Shown here: piece after piece, positions 59,759 through 64,000 of the stretch
Layout: each line of letters opens with the position of its first letter
Position numbering within the stretch: position 1 is the stretch's first letter
Origin: Endomicrobiales bacterium
GTDB lineage: Bacteria; Elusimicrobiota; Endomicrobiia; Endomicrobiales; CAWCFT01
Assembly: GCA_963794945.1 (NCBI GenBank)
Contig: CAWCFT010000002.1
Location: 64,001-128,000 of the forward strand
Direction of reading: 5' to 3'
Length of the DNA stretch: 64,000 nucleotides
The notes under the pieces: model-generated
The model's database searches: none
Told to the model about the DNA's origin: nothing
The model's input: only the letters and a program-made list of their open reading frames with translations
Position numbers and translations under genes: made by a program

Positions 59759-61375
59759 ATGATCAGCCTTACCAAGTACCAGATGCAGGATGTGGAGCTC
59801 TCGCAAATTGACGGGGAAGACAGGCAGTTCCAGTGCAGGCAGGTCAGCGACGCCGATGTCAAGGCAATGGCTGAAACGCTTAAAAAAGAGAAACAGAAGG
59901 TTCCGATTTACCTGCTGCGGCGAAAGAACGGCAAACAGCAAATATTATGCGGGTTTACCAGGTACCTCGCGGCAAAGCTGCTGGGCTGGGCAACAATAGT
60001 TGCCATAATGATCCCTGAAGAAGACTTTGAGAACGAAAATGAGATATACAAGTTTGGCGTAATAGAGAACGGCAAGCGCAAGCCGTTAAGTAATGTGGAT
60101 AAGGGCAATATTTGCAAAAGCATGAGCGCAAAGGCCATGAACAACGTAGAAATTGGGGAATGTTTAGGAATAAGCGAAAAACAGGTGCGCAGGTATTTAA
60201 AGATAGCCAATGCCCCGGCTGAAGTGCAAAAAGGCATGAGCGACAATAGTGTTCCGCTCAGGGCAATAGACAATATAGACCCGGCAACCGGCCAGCTCGG
60301 CACGCGTGCCGAGCAAATTGTGGATAACCCCAACTGCTATGTAAAACCAGTTAAAAGTGGGTTTAAGGCTGTGCTGAACTACCGCGAAGGCAAGGATAAG
60401 GATGATGTAGTGAAGAGTTTCAAGGCCAAAATAGACGCGGAACTTGCGAAATTGCAGAAGGCGCGGGCAGAGGCCGACAAAGAGGCAGCCCAAAAGGCAG
60501 CTGAAGCCGATAAGAAGGCCAACGAGGCCAGGGCAACCAAGCTTGCCGAAGATATTAAGGTTCTTGAAAGCGCCGCCAAGACCATGGAGAAAGACAAGCA
60601 GGATTCGTCCGCTATAAGGCAGCAAATAGAAAACAAAAAGGCCGAGCTAAAGGCGCTGAAGGCTCGCCCCGTTAGAAATACATCAACAATAGTGCCCGGT
60701 AAAAGTAATGAAGGCCCGGCTGACCAAGGGCAGCCTATCTCTAACGGGGCAAGCGCCAAGCCGAACAAGAACCCCAGCCCGGAGCAGTTGGCACAGCTAA
60801 AGAAATTCAAAGAGGGCGGCCAGGCCGCGGTGGAAGCCGGGCTTGAAGCCCAGCTTGCCCAAATGAAGTTGGGCCTGAACAGCCCCAATATAACCGACGC
60901 CCAAAAAGCCGGCCTAAACATGTCCATCCAAATGCTCCAGTCCCAGCTAGACGCGCTAAAGAAAGGCAACCATCCCCAGCCTGGCAACAATACCCCACAA
61001 ACTCCTTCGCCCCATGTTCGGGGTGAGACCCTGGGCCTTGAGGGTCAGCCAAACGGACCCGAAAAGGAAGAAGGTGGGCCCGCCTCTTCGGCAGGCATGG
61101 ATGAGGGGGATACCGTTCAATCTGGTCAAAGGGCAGGTGAGCCTGTCCGCCAAAGTCCCAGTGGCGGAGGAGGTGTGCCTGCCGCTGAACAAAACACCGG
61201 CGGCCACACCACCCACGTCTTTGGCGATTTCAGCAAACTTGAAGCCAGGATAGCAGAACTCGAAAAAGAATCCGTAGACCCCGCAAAAACCGACGAGGAA
61301 CGCTCCGCCAAGAAAGCCGAGCTCGAAGAATCCAAAGCAAGCCTAGCAGACATCAAGAAATTCTTGGGTTCTTGA
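59759..61375 (+). CDS. ParB/Srx-like N-terminal domain + HTH protein, paralogue 2
   Basis: GGAGG RBS; first ~192 aa about 95% identical to 13284-14714; different C-terminal half. Confidence 0.8.
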   Translation: MISLTKYQMQDVELSQIDGEDRQFQCRQVSDADVKAMAETLKKEKQKVPIYLLRRKNGKQQILCGFTRYLAAKLLGWATIVAIMIPEEDFENENEIYKFGVIENGKRKPLSNVDKGNICKSMSAKAMNNVEIGECLGISEKQVRRYLKIANAPAEVQKGMSDNSVPLRAIDNIDPATGQLGTRAEQIVDNPNCYVKPVKSGFKAVLNYREGKDKDDVVKSFKAKIDAELAKLQKARAEADKEAAQKAAEADKKANEARATKLAEDIKVLESAAKTMEKDKQDSSAIRQQIENKKAELKALKARPVRNTSTIVPGKSNEGPADQGQPISNGASAKPNKNPSPEQLAQLKKFKEGGQAAVEAGLEAQLAQMKLGLNSPNITDAQKAGLNMSIQMLQSQLDALKKGNHPQPGNNTPQTPSPHVRGETLGLEGQPNGPEKEEGGPASSAGMDEGDTVQSGQRAGEPVRQSPSGGGGVPAAEQNTGGHTTHVFGDFSKLEARIAELEKESVDPAKTDEERSAKKAELEESKASLADIKKFLGS

Positions 61376-61513
61376 TCCACCATTGTTCCAGAGAATTGGG
61401 CTCTTTCGAAATTAGAAATTGTTTCATGGCATTGTGCCTTGCAAACATAGAATTAAAGAGGTAAGATTTTCATAATGTGAGTCTGAATATTCATATTGAG
61501 CAAACAGAAATAA

Positions 61514-61544
61514 TTAGTTCAATAAGTAAAGCCTGACACCATTT
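61514..61544 (-). repeat. Unoccupied copy of the IS110 target motif
   Basis: Reverse complement AAATGGTGTCAGGCTTTACTTATTGAACTAA vs rejoined IS flanks AAATGGTGTCAGGCTTGACTTATTGAACTAA. Confidence 0.85.
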
Positions 61545-61713
61545 TCTCTACAAACAAACTGGCAATGCCTTATTGCCAAATACGTGAGAAAATATATTTT
61601 TAAATAGTTTGTAATCCTGGTAAATATAAATGCTATTATGGTATTTAGACAAGGGTGTCCTATAAAGGATTCCATGTCTTTTTTTATATAACAGTTTATT
61701 TTACAATAAGCCT

Positions 61714-64000
61714 ATGAAAAGAAAAGTGGTCCCTATCGTAGGAGTAGGAGCATCAGCTGGCGGGCTTGAGGCCCTGACGGAATTTGTCAGCAACATTCCG
61801 CAGAATATCAACATGGCCTTTGTGATCGTCCAGCATCTTGAGCCTAAACACGCTAGCCTGATGGCCGATATACTCTCAAGGCACACAAAGCTCTGCGTTG
61901 CGCAGGTAAAAAATAAAACAGGCGTAGAAGCAAACCATATCTACGTTATCCCTCCAAACGCGAACCTCAGCATTTCAGAGAGCAAATTATACGTCACAAA
62001 ACGCGACAAAAAATTCTCGCTCAAACACCAGCCTATCAATCATTTTCTTGTCTCTCTGGCCGGCTCGGCAAAGAGAAATTCCATAGGCATAATCCTTTCG
62101 GGCACGGGAACGGACGGTTCTGAAGGCATAAAGGCCGTCAAAGCAGCAGGCGGGCTCACTTTCGCGCAGGACGAGGCAACGGCCAAATATTTTTCGATGC
62201 CTTATGCTTCCATCAGAACAGGGCTCGTGGATTTTGTGCTTTCGCCTAAAGATATGGCGAGGAAACTCGCAAATAATTACCCCTCAAAGCGCCCGGGAAA
62301 GGAACCGGCCGCGTCTTCCGAAGAAAGCCTTTCCAGCCCGCTGGAAAATATTTTCAGCCTTCTTAAAACCAGCCTGGGGGTTGATTTTACCCATTACAGA
62401 AGAACCACTATACTGCGCAGGATAGATAGGCGCATTTCGTTCAATAAGCTCAAAGGCTTCGGCGATTATTACAGGTTCCTTAAAAGTAATCCTTCCGAAC
62501 TCAACGCGCTGTATGAAAACCTGCTTATTTCCGTAACCACATTTTTCCGAGACCCGCCTTCTTTTGAGGTGTTAAAACGGAAGATATTGCCGGCCCTGCT
62601 GAAGGCGAAACCTGCCGGAGAGCCGGTAAGAATTTGGGTGCCGGGTTGTTCAGCCGGGCAGGAAGTCTATTCGATCGCGATCACTATTTTTGACTACCTG
62701 GAAAGAACGGGCGGCAAAGCCGCCGTTCAGGTTTTCGGCACAGACTTAAACGATACCCTTATAAGCATGGCGCGTTCCGGCGTGTATCCAAAAAGGTATG
62801 TAAATGATGTCCCGCGTTATTATCTCGACAAATATTTTGTAAAAGCAGGGGAAGACAATTACAGGATACACAAAAATATACGCGATATGTGCATTTTCGC
62901 GAGGCACAACGTAGTTAAAAACCGCCGGCTTTCAAAAATGGACATCATAAGTTTCAGGAACGTGATGATATACCTGGAACCACTTCTGCAGAAAAAAGTC
63001 GCGGACATGCTTTATTACGCGCTCAATAAGTCAGGGTATCTTATCCTGAGCGCGTCTGAATCGCTCGGCGCGTACCCGCACATGTTCAGCATACTGGAAA
63101 AAAAACATAGGATATACACCAAGATCGAGACAAAGAACCGCGTACCGCTCAATTTTGAAACGCCTTTTGTAAAACAGGAGCAAACTAAAAATAACTTTAT
63201 ACTGAACAGGCCCGCGACAACCGCGCCTGATTTTGACCGCGAAGTGGATAATGTTTTCATTTCAAGGTCCAAGCAGGGGGGGTCCTGTTTAACGAAGCGC
63301 TGGACATAGTGCAGTTCCGCGGCGACACCACGCCTTATGTTCAGGCAAGCCCGGGCAAAGCGAGCCTGAACATCATGAACCTGATCCACGAAGACCTTAA
63401 GGCGGGCCTTTACGAAGCCATACAGCAGGTTAAAAAAACAGGGCTCCCTTTAAAGAACAATAACGTGCGGTTCAGGCTGCAGGACAAATACCGCCTGGCG
63501 AGCTTTGAGGTGATACCTGTAGTCATAGACAAAGAGAATTATTTTCTCGCGCTTTTTGAAGAAACAGCCGCGGCCCCGCAAAAAACCAATGCGCAGGAAC
63601 GCAGGCCTGAACCAAAACAGGCTATAAAAGAAGCCTCCGGGTTAAGGCAGGAACTGTTTTCAACAAAAAAATTCCTGCAATCAGTTATTCTTGAAAAAGA
63701 GAACAGCAACGAAGAGCTGAAATCCGCGATGGAAGAACTGCAGTCCGGCAACGAGGAACTGCAGAGCATGAACGAGGAAATAGAGACCGCCAAGGAAGAG
63801 CTGGAGTCCTCCAACGAAGAGCTGGTCACGCTCAACGATGAACTGCAAAACAGGAACCTGGAACTTATCCAGGCCAATTCCGACCTCAATAACCTTATTA
63901 CAAGCACTAATATTCCAATTATCATCGTAGACGGCAAGCTGAAGATAAGGCGCATAACGCCGCTTTTGAAAAACCTGATGCACGTTGTTCCCGGGGACAT
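61714..64000 (+). CDS. CheB/CheR fusion signal-transduction protein (frameshift near 63280; truncated at window end)
   Basis: VGVGASAGGLEA, VQHL, LSGTGTDG; VTTFFRD, RIWVPGCSAGQEVYS; ELQSGNEELQSMNEE coiled coil in the next frame. Confidence 0.9.

Noticed and set aside
59759..61375. Diversity-generating retroelement explaining the two ParB paralogues
   Set aside because: No reverse transcriptase; differences are not adenine-specific, and the tails are non-homologous rather than point-diversified
1..64000. tRNA, rRNA or prophage genes
   Set aside because: No cloverleaf, rRNA signature or phage structural/integrase gene was recognised by eye; a tRNAscan/Infernal run would be decisive

Overview
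64-kb chromosomal window from a diderm bacterium (Pal, BtuB, GT9 heptosyltransferase and a PorV-like barrel next to a FlgD/T9SS-like C-terminal-domain protein; Elusimicrobiota-like by inference only). More than a dozen genes are split by single-base frameshifts, most likely assembly errors. The window holds a surface-glycan locus (0-13 kb) and an accessory island (13-18.3 kb) with a ParB-like gene, an AT-rich AAA-ATPase + DUF3226/TOPRIM-like putative defence pair and an IS110-family (IS1111-type) element. It also holds secreted/outer-membrane genes, a riboswitch-controlled cobamide salvage/remodelling cluster (cobU-cbiR-cobT-cobS-cobO-btuFCD-cobQ; btuB-cbpA-cbpB, including an unannotated 34-aa peptide precursor), glycosyltransferases, larE, a decarboxylase, a TetR-led Pal/OmpA operon, a CLC channel, a second ParB-like paralogue and a CheB/CheR fusion. 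Top observations: (1) the IS ends can be fixed exactly (16908-18255), because an empty 30/31-identical copy of its target lies at 61514-61544; its 3' non-coding end carries donor- and target-matching segments, i.e. a candidate bridge/seekRNA; (2) this target motif follows both ParB-like paralogues and brackets the defence cassette as an inverted pair; (3) several families of palindromic intergenic repeats nest inside each other, and one has been recruited in-frame into the second ParB paralogue. No rRNA, tRNA or CRISPR array was seen.
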